Positions 13,551-25,739 of a stretch of DNA of 64,000 bases are shown in pieces. Position 1 is the stretch's first letter. Every line of letters begins with the position of its first letter. Source of the stretch: Cetorhinus maximus (taxonomy: Eukaryota); NCBI RefSeq assembly GCF_964194155.1, contig NC_135901.1, forward strand, positions 25,916,001 through 25,980,000, in the 5' to 3' direction. The position numbers were made by a program, and so were the translations under genes. Below the pieces are notes generated by a model that made no database searches, was not told the DNA's origin, and saw only the letters and a list, made by a program, of their open reading frames with translations.

Positions 13551-13699
13551 TTAGGTGATGGAGGTTGAGGCTTTAGAAGGTTTTGTCAAAGTTCTGATCA
13601 GGTTGATGATACATAAAATCTCCTCCCCTCTCTGTCTCCCTCCCCCTTATCGAGGCCAGGGCCTTGTGTAGGTTCAGACTGACTGGCAGATTATCCTAA

Positions 13700-13870
13700 T
13701 CTGAATATCATATAATTTTGAACATGGAAGGAAAAAGCAGCGTTTACAACAGGGAGAAATTGTACATATGTGCTTTCTGTGGATGAGAATTCTGCCAATC
13801 ATCTAGCTTGTCGAGCCACAAGCGCAGTCACACCGGGGAGAAACTATAAATGTGGTAACCGTGCGAAACT
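13700..13870 (+). pseudogene. Truncated ZNF exon start (type A, MEGKS...) with stops
   Basis: aacATGgaaggaaaaagc...tgtgctttctgtggaTGA...cacaccggggagaaactaTAA; one finger, then the homology ends. Confidence 0.75.
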
Positions 13871-14005
13871 TCTGGCTTAGTTGTAGAAATACAAAATCCC
13901 TCTCCTTCACTACTCCCTCTCTCCCTTTCTCTCAATCTTCCCATAGAGTCTTGTGTAGGGTAACTCGATCGTAGGTTCCCTTCCCTGAAGGACATTAGTG
14001 AACCA

Positions 14006-14860
14006 TAAGACCATAAGACATAGGAGCAGAAATTAGGCCAATTGGCCCATCGAGTCTGCTCCGCAATTCAATCATGGCTGATAAGTTTCTCGACCCCATT
14101 CTCCCGCCTTCTCCCCATAACCTTTGATCCCCTTACCAATCAAGAACCTATCTATCTCGGCCTTAAATACACTCAATGACCTGGCCTCCACAGCCTTCTG
14201 TGGCAATGAATTCCATAGATTCACCACTCTCTGGCTAAAGAAGTTTCTCCTCATCTCTGTTCTAAAAGGTCTTCCCTTTACTCTGAGGCTGTGCCCTCGG
14301 GTCCTAGTCTCTCCTACTAATGGAAACATCTTCCCCACGTCCACTCTATCCAGGCCTTTCAGTATTTGGTAAGTTTCAATCAGATCCCCCCTCATCCTTC
14401 TAAACTCCATCGAGTATAGACCCAGAGTCCTCAAATGTTCCTCATATGTTAAGCCTTTCATTCCTGGGATCGTTCTCGTGAACCTCCTCTGGACCCTCTC
14501 CAGGGCCAGCACATCCTTCCTGAGATATGGGGCCCAAAATTGTTCACAATATTCTAAATGTGGTCTGACCAGAGCCTTACATAGCTTCATCAGCACATCC
14601 CTGCTTTTATATTCTAGTCCTCTCGAAATAAATGCCAGCATTGCATTTGCCTTCCTAACTACCGACTCAACCTGCAAGTTAACCTTAAGAGAATCCTGGG
14701 CTAGGGCTCCCAAGTCTCTTTGCACTCCAGATTTCTGAATTCTCTCCCCATTTAGAAAATAGTCCATGCCTCTTCTTCCTACCAAAGTGCATGACCTCAC
14801 ACTTCCCCATGTTGTATTCCATCTGCCACTTCATTGCCCATTCTCCTAACCTGTCCAACC
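14006..14860 (-). mobile_element. Young CR1 LINE, 5'-truncated
   Basis: ORF 14072-14800 (RDLG...RPHLEYCEQFW...RTRGH); (tatggtct)n tail; TSD tgaacca 13999-14005 / 14861-14867; nearly identical to 28005-28850. Confidence 0.96.
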
Positions 14861-15024
14861 TGAACCAGTTGGAGTTTCACAACAATCCAGCAGTTTTCAT
14901 GGTCACTTTTCCCTCGTGCCAGCCCACAAATTACCAGATTCATTCGGCCCAATTTCACAATCTGCCTTTGTGTTTTAATGGGTTCTCTCTTACTCCCCTA
15001 TTCTGTTTTAAATCATTTTTACAG

Positions 15025-15617
15025 GATATTAGAAGGGGAGAACTAGCAGTTGCGAAACTCAAACTCAACATCACATGAGGATCTAATGCAGTCACCCAAT
15101 TTATTATAAACTAAATATCATTAGATTTTGAACACGGAAGTTGAAAACACCATTCACAGTTGGGAGGAACCATACATGTGTTCTGTGTGTGGACGAGGCT
15201 TCAGCTGATCATCTGGCTGAAGTTTGGGAAGGGATTCACTCTGTCATGCAACCTGTTGGCTCACCAGCGAGTTCACACTGACAAGAGACCTTTTAAATGC
15301 CAGACTGTGGGAAGTGCTATATAAGTTCTAGGGAACTAATGCGCCATCAACGTGTTCACACTGATGAGAGACTGTTCAGGTACTCTCACTGCAGGACTGG
15401 GTTCAGGCAATTATCTGACCTCACTGTACACCAACGAATTCACACTGGAGAGAGGCCGTTCACCTGCACAGACCGGGGAAAGGGATTCACTCGGTCATTA
15501 CGCCTGCTAACACACCAGCGAGTTCACACTGGATAGAGGCCGTTCACCTGCGCCGTATGTAAGAAGGGGTTATCTCACTCATCCACCCTGCTGAGACACC
15601 AGCGAGTTCACAAGTAA
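15025..15617 (+). pseudogene. Type A C2H2 ZNF pseudogene
   Basis: Acceptor ttttacag|gatattagaagg; ATG replaced by ACG (aacacggaag); internal deletion at ~15220; TGA/TAG stops; ~5 finger remnants. Confidence 0.85.
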
Positions 15618-15844
15618 CTACTCTGATTGGACTTTGCTGTTAATTCATTTGTCCATTGGGGTCTGTTTCTGATAATGAAGTCCAGCCCAGTTACAGTGAT
15701 TAATATTCTGGACAAAAGTTAAATCAGCTTTTTGTTGAATGCACAGTGTGTTGGATCTTGTTAATATCTCTAACTCGTTAGTTTCTTTTGAAGGGCCCTC
15801 CCTTTCCCCTGTCTGCTTCATCCTCACCTCCAAAATGACCAAGG

Positions 15845-17410
15845 AGCCTTGAGTTTTTTGAGGATGTAATAAACAGGGTGGATAAAGGGGAACCAGTAGA
15901 TGGAGTGTGTTTGGATTTCCAAAAGGCCTTCAATGAATTGTCACGTTAAAGATTACTGCACAAGATAAGAGTTCATGGTGTTGGGGATGATATATTAGCA
16001 TGGATAGAGGATTGGCTAACTAACAGGAAAGATCGAGTTGGGATAAATGGGCCATTTTCCAGTTGGCAATCTGCAACCAGTGGAGTGCCACAGGGATCAG
16101 TGTTGGGGCCTCAACTATTTAGGATCTATACAAATGACTTGGCTGAAGGGGCCAATTGTATTGTAGCTAAATTTTCTAATGATACAAAGATAGGTAGGAA
16201 AGCAAGTTGTGAGGAGGATGCAAAGAGTCTGCAAAAGGATATAGATAGGCTAAGTGAGTAGGCAAAAATTGGCAGATGGAGTATAATGTGGTAAAATGTG
16301 AGGATGTCCACTTTGGCAGGAAGAATAGAAAAGCAAAATATTATTGAAATAGAGAGAGGCTGCAGTACTGAGGGTTCTAGGTGTCCTTGTACATGAATCA
16401 CAAAAAGTTAACATTCAGGTAAAGCAAGTGATTAGGAAGGCAAATGGGATGTTGGCCTTTATTGCAAGGAGGATGGAGTATAAAAGTAGGGTAATCTTGC
16501 TAATACTGTACAAGGAATTGGTAGGACTGCATCTAGAGTACTGTGTACAGTTTTGGTCCCCTTATTCAAGGAGGGATATACTTGCACTGGAAGCAGTTCA
16601 GAGAAGGTTCACTGGGCTGATTCCTGGGATGAAGGTGCTGTCTCATGAGGAAAGGTTGGGCCTGTATCCATTGGAGCTGAGAAGAATGAGAGGTGATCTT
16701 ATTGAGACATACAAGATTCTGAGGGGTCTTGACAGGGTAGATGCTGAGAATATGTTTCCTCTTGTGAGGGAATTGAGAATTAAGGGACACTGCTTTTTAT
16801 CTCACTACCAAGCACACGGCCTTATTTTTGTATCATCTGCAAATTTGTTATTCATATCCCTACGTTTAAGTCTGAATCAATGGTATAAACCATGAATACA
16901 GGACCCAGTACTGAGCCCTGTGAAACCCCACTGGAAACAGCCTTCCAATCATAAAAAAAACACCCATCGACCATCATTCACCGCTTCCTGCCATTGAGCC
17001 TATTTTGGATCTAACTTACATCTTGCTGTGGGGTTCCTTGACTTTTTAATTTTCTGCCCAGCCTGCCATGCGAGACATTGTAGATGTAGATGTTTCCACT
17101 TGTGGGTGAATCCAAAACCAGGGGCCAGAAGTACAAGATAGTTACTGATAAATCCAATAAGGAGAAATGTGTTTACTCAGAGTGGTTCGACAGTGAACTC
17201 ACTACCACAAGGAGCAGTTGTGGCAAAAAGCTGAGATAATTTCAAAAGTAAACTAGACGAGTACATGAGAGAAAAAGGAATAGAAAAATAAAGTGAAAGA
17301 CTGAGCTGAGGTAGATGGAATGGAATGAGAAGCATGTGGAGTATAAAGACCAGCAGAGACTAGTTGGGCCAAATGGCCTGTTTCTATTCTGTTTATTCTG
17401 TGTAATTCTA
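15845..17410 (+). mobile_element. Patchwork of older CR1 fragments (+ 15845-16795, - 16800-17075, + 17080-17410)
   Basis: DFQKAF, GVPQGSVLGP and HLEYCVQFWSP motifs with frameshifts; inverted RT piece; CR1 3' UTR gttgggccaaatggcctgtttct. Confidence 0.85.
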
Positions 17411-17745
17411 TGTAAACCTTTTTTTACAGGGTGTTAGGAGGGGAAGATTTACAGATGGGAAACTAAAACCAATTATCAAGATCTGACAGAGACTTGATTC
17501 ATCAGGACCTGAATATCATTGGTCTCTGAACATGGAAGGAGAAACGTTTGTCCATGTGAAAAGATTTCAAACATCAGTGTGACTGGAAAAGCAGCAAGAC
17601 GCACACACCCGAGTGAGAGTGTTCCAGTACACGGCCTGAAAAGAATCACACCATTCACAGCGAGGGGAAAATGTACAAGTGTTGTGTGTGTGGATGAGGC
17701 TTCAATTGATCTTCCAAGTTGGAGAGACTGAAGGACACCAGCACC

Positions 17746-18588
17746 ATGGAGAAACCATGGAAATGTGGGGACTGTGGGAAAGGATTCAAATACCAATCGC
17801 GGCTGGAAACTCATCGACACATTCACACTGGAGAGAGACCATTCCCCTGCTCCTTGTGTGGGAAGGGATTCACTCGGTCATCCGACCTTCTGAGACACCA
17901 ACTCACTCACACTGAGGAGAGGCCATTCACCTGCTCCATGTGTGGGAAGGGATTCATTAATTCATCAGACCTTCGGACACACCAGCGAGTTCACACCGGA
18001 GAGAGGCCGTTCACCTGCTCTGCCTGTGGGAAGGGATTCACTCAGTCAGCCCACCTGCTGGCCCACCAGAGAGCTCACACTGGGGAGAGGCCATTCACCT
18101 GCTCTGAGTGTGGAAAGGGATTCTCTCGGTCATCCCACCTCACTTCACACCAACTGGTTCACACAGACAATAGACCTTTTAAATGTTCTGACTGTGAGAA
18201 GAGCTTTAAAAGCAGGTCCCAGTTGCTGACACACCAACGCATTCACACTGGGGAGAGGCCATTCACCTGCTCCGAGTGTGGGAAGGGATTCATTCATTCA
18301 TCCGACTTTTTGATACACCAGCGAGTTCACACTGGGGAGAAGCCGTTCACCTGCTCCATATGTGGCAATAGATTCTCCCGATTATCCCTGCTCAAGGCAC
18401 ACCAACTGGTTCACACTGATCAGAGACCTTTTAGATGTTCTGACTGCGAGAAGAGCTTTAAAAGTAGGTGTAAATTGCTGGCACACCAACGTACACACAC
18501 TGGGGAGAGGCTGTTCACTGGCACCGAGTGTGGGAAGGGATCCGTCCATTCATCCCACTTGGTGAGACACCAGCGAGTTCAGAATTGA
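17746..18588 (+). CDS. C2H2 zinc-finger protein (type B), 280 aa, 9 canonical + 1 degenerate finger
   Basis: Uninterrupted ORF with TGERP linkers; ATG in ACCATGG context; exon acceptor ttttacag|ggtgttagg ~17429; AATAAA 18716-18721. Confidence 0.88.
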   Translation: MEKPWKCGDCGKGFKYQSRLETHRHIHTGERPFPCSLCGKGFTRSSDLLRHQLTHTEERPFTCSMCGKGFINSSDLRTHQRVHTGERPFTCSACGKGFTQSAHLLAHQRAHTGERPFTCSECGKGFSRSSHLTSHQLVHTDNRPFKCSDCEKSFKSRSQLLTHQRIHTGERPFTCSECGKGFIHSSDFLIHQRVHTGEKPFTCSICGNRFSRLSLLKAHQLVHTDQRPFRCSDCEKSFKSRCKLLAHQRTHTGERLFTGTECGKGSVHSSHLVRHQRVQN

Positions 18589-19682
18589 CTGCAGGGGTTG
18601 GATTCTGCTGTTGTTAATCACATCCAGGACTGAACCCTGTTCATTCTGAAAGTTGGCATTTCTTTCTGCTGATGTTAATAATTGAACTGAAGTTTAATAT
18701 TCTGGTTATATATCAAATAAATCAGCTTTGTTGTAAATACATTGTTGTAGATTTTTGTCTTTCCCACCTGAGTGTTTAACATCACCTGGCTGGAGCTCAG
18801 AAAGGACAATCTGGGGGAGGATCATACGGTAGGAACAGAACTTCAGCCTGGACACAGTCCAGGAGCACGATGACCATCCACATGTTGTCCCTGTTGGATA
18901 AAATCAAACACAGCATTTATTCTCCATCTGGCTATTTGACCTTTTCAGTTTTTACTGTTTACACTGATCTCCATGGTAACACAGATATTGTGTTTCATTC
19001 TCTTGCTACTGAATACTCAATCTAAGACTTGTTTCTCCCAGTTAATGTAGAACATCATATGGACCTTCCCAAGTAACCCACCCAGGCCCCCCCTGTTTAA
19101 CAATGCTTTTAATATCACTTCATCTCCAATTGAACAGTTAACCTAATGGGTGGGGCTTTTCTCCCTGGAGGTGTTGAGATGGGCAGCACCATCTTCTCCA
19201 CTGCCTGTGGCAGGGAGAATGTGGAGGTTCTGGAGAAACTGGTCCCGAGTCTGTCGAGTAGCAATGGGGAGTGGGACCCCGGGGGCGGGGGATTTACAAT
19301 CTGGATTGGTCGAGCTGAAATAGGCTGTGACCGGGGGAGTGAACAGGAGTGGAGTGAATGGTCATTGAGGTACCAGGCGAGGCAGTGACCCAGTCATTGG
19401 CCTTGACCAGATCATCAGCTCCCATCATGACAGCTTCTTTCAGTGTCATTTCTCCAGAGTGATTTAAGATCTCGGCCATTGCACTGGGCTCTGGATGGTA
19501 GGGGGTTTGGAAATGTGGTTCCACACCCACAAGACGACAGAGCTACTGTATTTCTTCTGCTGTAAAATAAGAAACATTATCGCTCTCTATCCTTTTCAGA
19601 AAGCCCCATCTGGTCCCCAAAAGATTTTAAATGTAGTGACTGCATCATTTTTACAGACAGGGAAAGCTTCAATCCAGCAGGG

Positions 19683-19826
19683 GAGTTTTAAAAGCAGGTA
19701 CCAGTTGCTGACACACCATCCACACTGGGCAGAGGCTGTTCACCTGCTCCGAGTGGGGGAAGCGATTCATTCATTCAACTGACTTTCTGATACACCAGCG
19801 AGTTCAAACTGGGGAGAGGCCATTCA
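19683..19826 (+). pseudogene. ZNF coding fragment copied from fingers 6-7 of the 17746-18588 gene
   Basis: gagttttaaaagcaggtaccagttgctgacacacc...ctgactttctgatacaccagcgagttc matches 18201-18348 with a short deletion. Confidence 0.85.
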
Positions 19827-20487
19827 ACATATCTATAACTACCAGGGTATACCAGTCCCCCCTTTTTTACTGTGGGCAGTGGGCCTGTACAATTAATCTG
19901 CATTGTTTCCCAGAGGGCATCATTCAGATGGCCGTGTCCAATGGGATCATTTATTTCATAGGACTGGATTAATTTGGACACAGGCTCAGGTGGTGATGGC
20001 CATCCTGATGCATCCTCAGCCACCGATAGTAATTATGTAACATATCGAGGACTTGAAAAAGCAAAATTGCCCCAATTTGATCCAAAGAAAAAATTAATTA
20101 TTTTCAAAGGCATCGAGGTGTGACCCAAGTCCAACAAGGCCATCCTTGTGATGGAAAATCTCATGATGGATTACATGTGAGTCCTTACTTGCTGTGAGTG
20201 ATGAGGGAAACTCTTTCCTATGGTGACAGCCTCTTTGACCACAGTCACATCAGGGTCAGGGTCCTGACAAGCTTTTAAATCAGGTTTAACTGGAGTCTGT
20301 CGTACCGGTGCCAACGATTGTGATTTGGGTGGATCCCATGGAATCCCCTCTGGTGCAGCTTTCCTGGTGAATCAGTCTACCTGCTTATTACCATCAACCT
20401 CTTCACTAACTGCTGCTGCTGATGTCCCTTCACCTTGCAAATATCAACTTGTCCTGGACACTTACCAGCAATATTGTGGACAATTCC

Positions 20488-23400
20488 AGTGGTGTTGTCG
20501 TTGGACTGGTAATCCAGAGACCCAGGGAAATGCTCTGGAGACCCAGGTTCAAATCCCGCCACGGCAGATGGTGGAATTTCAATTCAATAAAAATCTGGAA
20601 ATAAAGCCTAATGATGGCCATGAAACCATTGTTGATTGTTGTAAAAACCCATCAGGTTCACTAATGTCCTTGAGGGAAGAAAATTTGTTGTCCTTACCTG
20701 GTCTGGCCTACACATGACTCCAGACCCATAGCAATGTGGTTGACTCTTACATGCCCTCTGAAATGGCCTAGCAAGCAACTCAGTTGTAACAAACCACTAC
20801 AAAGTCACAAAAAAGGAATGAAGCCAGACGGACCACCCAGCATCGACGGAGGCACTGGAAACGACAATGTCTTCCTTACTAACATCTGGAGGCTAGTGCC
20901 AAAACTGGGAGAGCTGTCTCACAGACTAGTCAAGCAACAGCCTGACAGAGTCATCCTCACAGAATCATGCCTTGCAGATAATGTTCCAGACACCACCATC
21001 ACCATCCCTAGGTATGTCCTGTCCCATCGGCAGAACAGGCCCAGTAGAGGTAGTCGGGAGGGAGTTGTCCTGGGAGTCCTCAACATCGACTTTGGACCCC
21101 ATGAAGTCTTATGACATCAGGTCAAACATGGGCAAGCAAACCTCCTGCTGATTACCACATACAGCCCTCCCTCAGCTGATGAATCAGTGCTCCTCCATGT
21201 TGAACACCGCTTTAAGGAAGCACTGAGGTCGGTAAGGGTGCAGAATGTACTCTGAGTGGGGGACTTCAATGTCCATTACCAAGAGTGCTTCGGTAACACC
21301 ACTACTGGCCGAGGCCTAAATGACATAACTGCTAGATTGGGTCTGTGGCAGGTGGTGAGAGAACAAGAGTGAAAAACATCTGGCCTCACCCTCACCAACC
21401 TGCCTGCTGCAAATACATCCGTCCATGACAGTATCGATTGGAGTGATCACCGCAGAGTCATTGTGGAGACGAAGGCCCGCCTTCACTTTGAGAATACCCT
21501 CCATCATGTTGTGTGCCACTACCATCATGCTAAATCGGATAGATTTCGAACAGACCTAGCAACTCAAGACTGGGCATCCATGGGATGCTGTGGGCCATCA
21601 GCAGCAGCAGAATTGTATTCGAACGCAATCTGTAACCTTATGGCCCGGCATATCCCCCACTCTACCATTACAATAATGCCAGGGGATCAATCCAGGTTCA
21701 ATGAAGTGTGCAGGAGAGAATGCCAGGAGCAGCACCAGGCATACCTAAAAATGCGGTGTCAACTTGGTGAAGCTATAAAACAGGACTACTTGCATGCCAA
21801 ACAGCATAAGCAGCAACTGTTAGACAGGCTAAGCAATTCCACAACCAACGGATCAGATCTAAGCTCTGCAGTCCTGCCACATCCAGTCGTGAAGGTGGTG
21901 GACAAATAAACAACTCACTGGAGGAGGAGGCGCCACAAATATCCCCATCCTCAATGATGGAGGAGCCCAGCACATCAGTGTTAAAGATAAGGCTGAGGCA
22001 TTTGCTACAATCTTCAGCCAGAAGTGCCAAGTGGATGATCCATCTCAGCCTCCTCCAGAGGTCCCCAGCATCATGGATGCCAGTCTTCTGTCAATTTGAT
22101 TCACTCCACATGATATCAAGAAACGGCTGAAGGCACTGGATACTGCAAACGCTATGGACCTTGACAATATTCTGGCAATAGTACTGAAGACTTGTGCTCC
22201 AGATCTTGCTGCACCCCTAACCAAGCTGTTCCAGCACAACTACAACACTGGCATCAACCCAGCTATGTGGAAAGTTGCCCAGTTATGTCTTGTACACAAA
22301 AAGCAGGACAAATCCAACCTGGCCAATTACTCAACCCTCAGTAAAGTAATTGAAGGGGTCATCAACAGTGCTATCAAGAGGCACTTGCTTAGCAATAACC
22401 TGCTCACTGACGTCCAGTTTGGGTTCTGCCTGGGCCACTCAGCTCCTGACTTCATTACCGTCTTGGTTCAAACATAGACAAAAGAGCTGAACTCCGAGGT
22501 GAGGTGAGAGTGACTGCCCTTGACATCAAGGCTGCATTTGACAGAGTTTGGCATTAAGGAGCCCTTGCAAAACTGGAGTCAATGGGAATCAGGGGAAAAC
22601 TCTCCACTGGTTGGAGCCACACCTAGCACAAAGGAAAGTGGTTGTGGTTGTTGGAGGTCAGTCGTCTCAGTTTCAGGGCATCACTGCAGGAATTCCTCAG
22701 GGTTTTGTCCTCGGCCCAACCATCTTCAGCTGCTTCATCAATGACCTTCCTTTCAGCATAAGGTCAGAAATGGGGATGTTCGCTGATGATTGCACAATGT
22801 TCAGCACCATTCATGACTCCTCAGACACTGAAGCAGTCCAAGTCCAAATGCAGCAAGACCTGGACAATATCCAGGCTTGGGCTGACAAGTGGTAAGTAAT
22901 ATTCGCACCACACAAGTGTCAAGCAATGAATCATCTCCAAAAAGAGAGAATCCAACCATTGCCCTTTAATGTTCAATGGCATTACGATCATTGAATTCCC
23001 CACTATCAGCATCCTGGGGATTACCATTGACCAAAAACTAAACTGGACTAGCCATATAAATGCAATGGCTACAAGAGCAGGTCAGAGGCTAGGAATCATG
23101 CAATGAGTAACTCACCCCCTGACTCCACAGAGCCTGTCCACCAACTACAAGGCACAAATCAGGAGTGTGATGGAATACTCCCCTCTTGCCTGAATGAGTG
23201 CAGCTCCCACAGCACTCAAGAAGCTTGACACCGTCCAGGACAAAGCAGCCCGCTTAATTGGCACCATATCCACAAACATTCACTCCCTACACCACTGACA
23301 GACACTAGCAGCACTGTGCACCATCTACAAGATGCACTGCAGGAATTCACCAAGGCTCTTTCGACAACACCTTCCAAACCCACGACCACTACCATTTAGA

Positions 23401-23684
23401 AGGACAAGGGCAGCAGATGGATAGGAACTCCACCACCTAGAAATTCCACCCCCCCACCAAGCCACTCACCATACTGACTTGTAAATATATCATTGTTCCT
23501 TCACTGTCGCTGGGTCACAATCCTGGAACTCTGCCCCTATCAGCACTGCGGGTGTACCTACATCACAGGGACTGCAGCAGTTCAATAAGGCAGCTCCCCA
23601 CCATCTTCTCCACGGCAATTAGTGATGGGCAATAAATGCTGGCCCAGCCAGCGAAGCCAACAACCCATCAATGAATAAAAAAAA
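20488..23684 (+). mobile_element. Near full-length CR1-group LINE with tRNA-like 5' head, APE + RT, no ORF1; decayed
   Basis: Head with B box ggttcaaatccc 20547; APE motifs NIWRL, ILTES, GDFNVH, SDH; RT motifs LKTCAPDLAAPL, GIPQGFVLGP, FADD; tail gatgggcaataaatgctggcc...atgaataaaaaaaa. Confidence 0.9.
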
Positions 23685-24269
23685 TCCCAAGTCATTCGGA
23701 GTTTGGAGTGGTTTCATTTCCGTGTTTTGTTTTGCCAGAGAGGTAGGTTTTCTCTGAACGAGTTACAACCAAAGGAGCCGATTGTCTCAGTGACGGTTTG
23801 AAGGACTGTGATGATAATAACCTCACATTTCTGGGCTAAGTATTGTGGTGGGTATTTAATAAGGATGCTACAGCTGTCATGGGGAATCAAAGACACAGCA
23901 ACAGTCTGATACAGTCATAAAACCGAGACCAATCCACATAAACGCCAGTGCAGTCTAACAGTGGTGTACCTTTAACAGGTTTGGACATGGCCTCCTTCAT
24001 TTGACAGGTATGTGTGATTCTTTCATACTGCAACATCCCAGTCAATTGGTGATTGTGAGGTTACAGGATATTAAAACCTTTGCTTTGTAACTCCATAATT
24101 CTTCTGCTCTATCACACCGGGATACTCCCTTAACTTGGCCTCTTATTAATTATGCCACTGTGGCCTGTGGGATGTGTAGGGTTATTGAATTAAACTTTAT
24201 GAAGTACCCTTCGTGCTTAACTAACTAGTGAACACTTAAACAAGAGCAACATCTTGTGGATGCCACAGA

Positions 24270-25320
24270 ACAGAAATAAGAACAGGTTCTGGAAAAACCC
24301 AGCAGCTTATTCATTCATTCAAGGGAGGTGGGCATCGCTGGCCAGGCCAGCATTTATTGTCCATCCCTAGTTGCCCTTCAGAAGGTTGTGGTGAGCTGTT
24401 TTCTTGAACCGCTGCAGTCCATGTGATGTAGGTACACCCACAGTGCTGTTAGGAAAGGAATTTGACCCAGCGACAGTGAAGGAGCAGCAATATACTTCCA
24501 AATCAGGATGGTGGGTGGCTTGGAGGGGATATTCCAGGTTGTGGTGTACCCATGTGTCTAATACCCTTGTCCTTCTAGATGGTTGTGGTCGTGGGTTTGA
24601 AAGGAGGTGTCTAAGGAGCCTTGGTGAGTTTCTGCAGTGCACCTTATAGATGGTACACACTGCTGTCACTATGCGGTGGTGGAAGGAGTGAATGTTCGTG
24701 AAAGGGGTGCCAATCAAGCGGACTGCTTTGTCTTGGATGTTGTCAAGCTTCTTGGGTGTTTTTGAAGGATTCTCTGACAGCATCTGTGGAGAGAGAAACA
24801 GAGTTAATGTTTAGCGTCCAGTATGACTCTTCTTCAGGACTGAAGTGAGGTAGAAATAGGGTGGATCTGAAGAAGAGTCATATGAACTCGATAAGTCAAC
24901 CCTGTGTCTCTCTCTACACATGCTGTCAGACCTGCTGAGTTTTTCCAACATTTTCTATTTTTTGTTTCAGATTTCCAGCATCCACAGTATTTTGCTTTTA
25001 TCTATAGAAATAGGATGGGTTTTAAGCTGTTGAAGAAGAGGGCAGGGTCAGATAGAATAAAAGAGAAGGTCAGGGATAGGTCAGAGGGTGGTAGAGATTA
25101 AATAACAAAGGTGTAATGGAACGAAAAGCAAAGGGAATGGTAATGGTTGTAATAAAGAAACAAAACCCAGTCAGTTTTAATGGCAGAATAAAGGACAAAA
25201 GGCTGTCCAGTTCAGTTCTGAAGAAGAATCATATTGGACTCAAAACATTAATTCTGTTTCTCTCTCCACAGGTGCTGCCAGACCTGCTGAGTTTTCCCAC
25301 ACTTTCTGTTTTTATTTCAG
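24270..25320. mobile_element. Composite Penelope-derived foldback with nested insertions
   Basis: Reverse arm 24270-24306 + 24775-24865 + 25003-25205; forward arm 25208-25320; extra forward terminus 24866-25000 flanked by tagaaatagg repeats. Confidence 0.7.
24308..24765 (-). mobile_element. 3' fragment of the tRNA-headed LINE family
   Basis: ORF 24367-24783 (KLDNIQDKAVRLIG...); reverse match to 23220-23680. Confidence 0.9.
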
Positions 25321-25739
25321 TGAACCCTTAATGCCTGTCCAGTACACTGGTCAATCGATCTTTCCACAGGGGTGAGTGTGTCTGAGAAGCATCCAACTGG
25401 AAAGCCTTTTCCATTCACCTCCTGCGTTACTACAGGAGATATACATGGATGTGACAGTGCCAACAAGTCTGTGGAATTAATTGGCTAGATCTTCGAAACA
25501 ACCAGCACAGGTATGTTGGACCGAATGGTTTCCATCTGTGCTGCATCATTCTATAAAACAGTGAACATTCAGTATCTGGGGATAGGCCGAGTAAGAGAGA
25601 GGAACCAGTGGGTTTGAACCCAGCCAGAATCAGCAGTTTCTGTGGAGGAGTGAAAGGGGAACCAGTGGGGAAAGCTTTAAAAGCTCAGCATTTTCCCACA
25701 GGAGAGCAGCCGTTTAAGACACTTTGGGTATGGAACAGG

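Larger units (their letters stand above)
18950..24230 (-). mobile_element. Decayed endogenous retrovirus / LTR-retroelement pol (tether, RNase H, integrase), interrupted by a LINE and a ZNF fragment
   Basis: Minus-strand motifs in correct order: GVYVDWSRF (~23940), AQKCEV (~23830), ICKVKGH..GNKQVD (20370-20440), [13 protein letters not shown] (~19890), YTLVVIDM (~19840), WIEAFP (~19665), TPYHPEPSAMAEILN (~19490), WEGPYDV (~19060). Confidence 0.8.

Noticed and set aside
14124-14738. Antisense ORFs over CR1 and ZNF sequence throughout the window
   Set aside because: Shadow frames of repeat or finger coding strands.
17580-17582. Conserved TGA as selenocysteine
   Set aside because: Not at a Cys ligand position, the frame is broken downstream, and no SECIS was recognised.
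17746-18588. 84-bp periodic repeats with variable interiors as a CRISPR-like array
   Set aside because: They are C2H2 finger codons (TGERP linkers); eukaryotic context and no cas genes.
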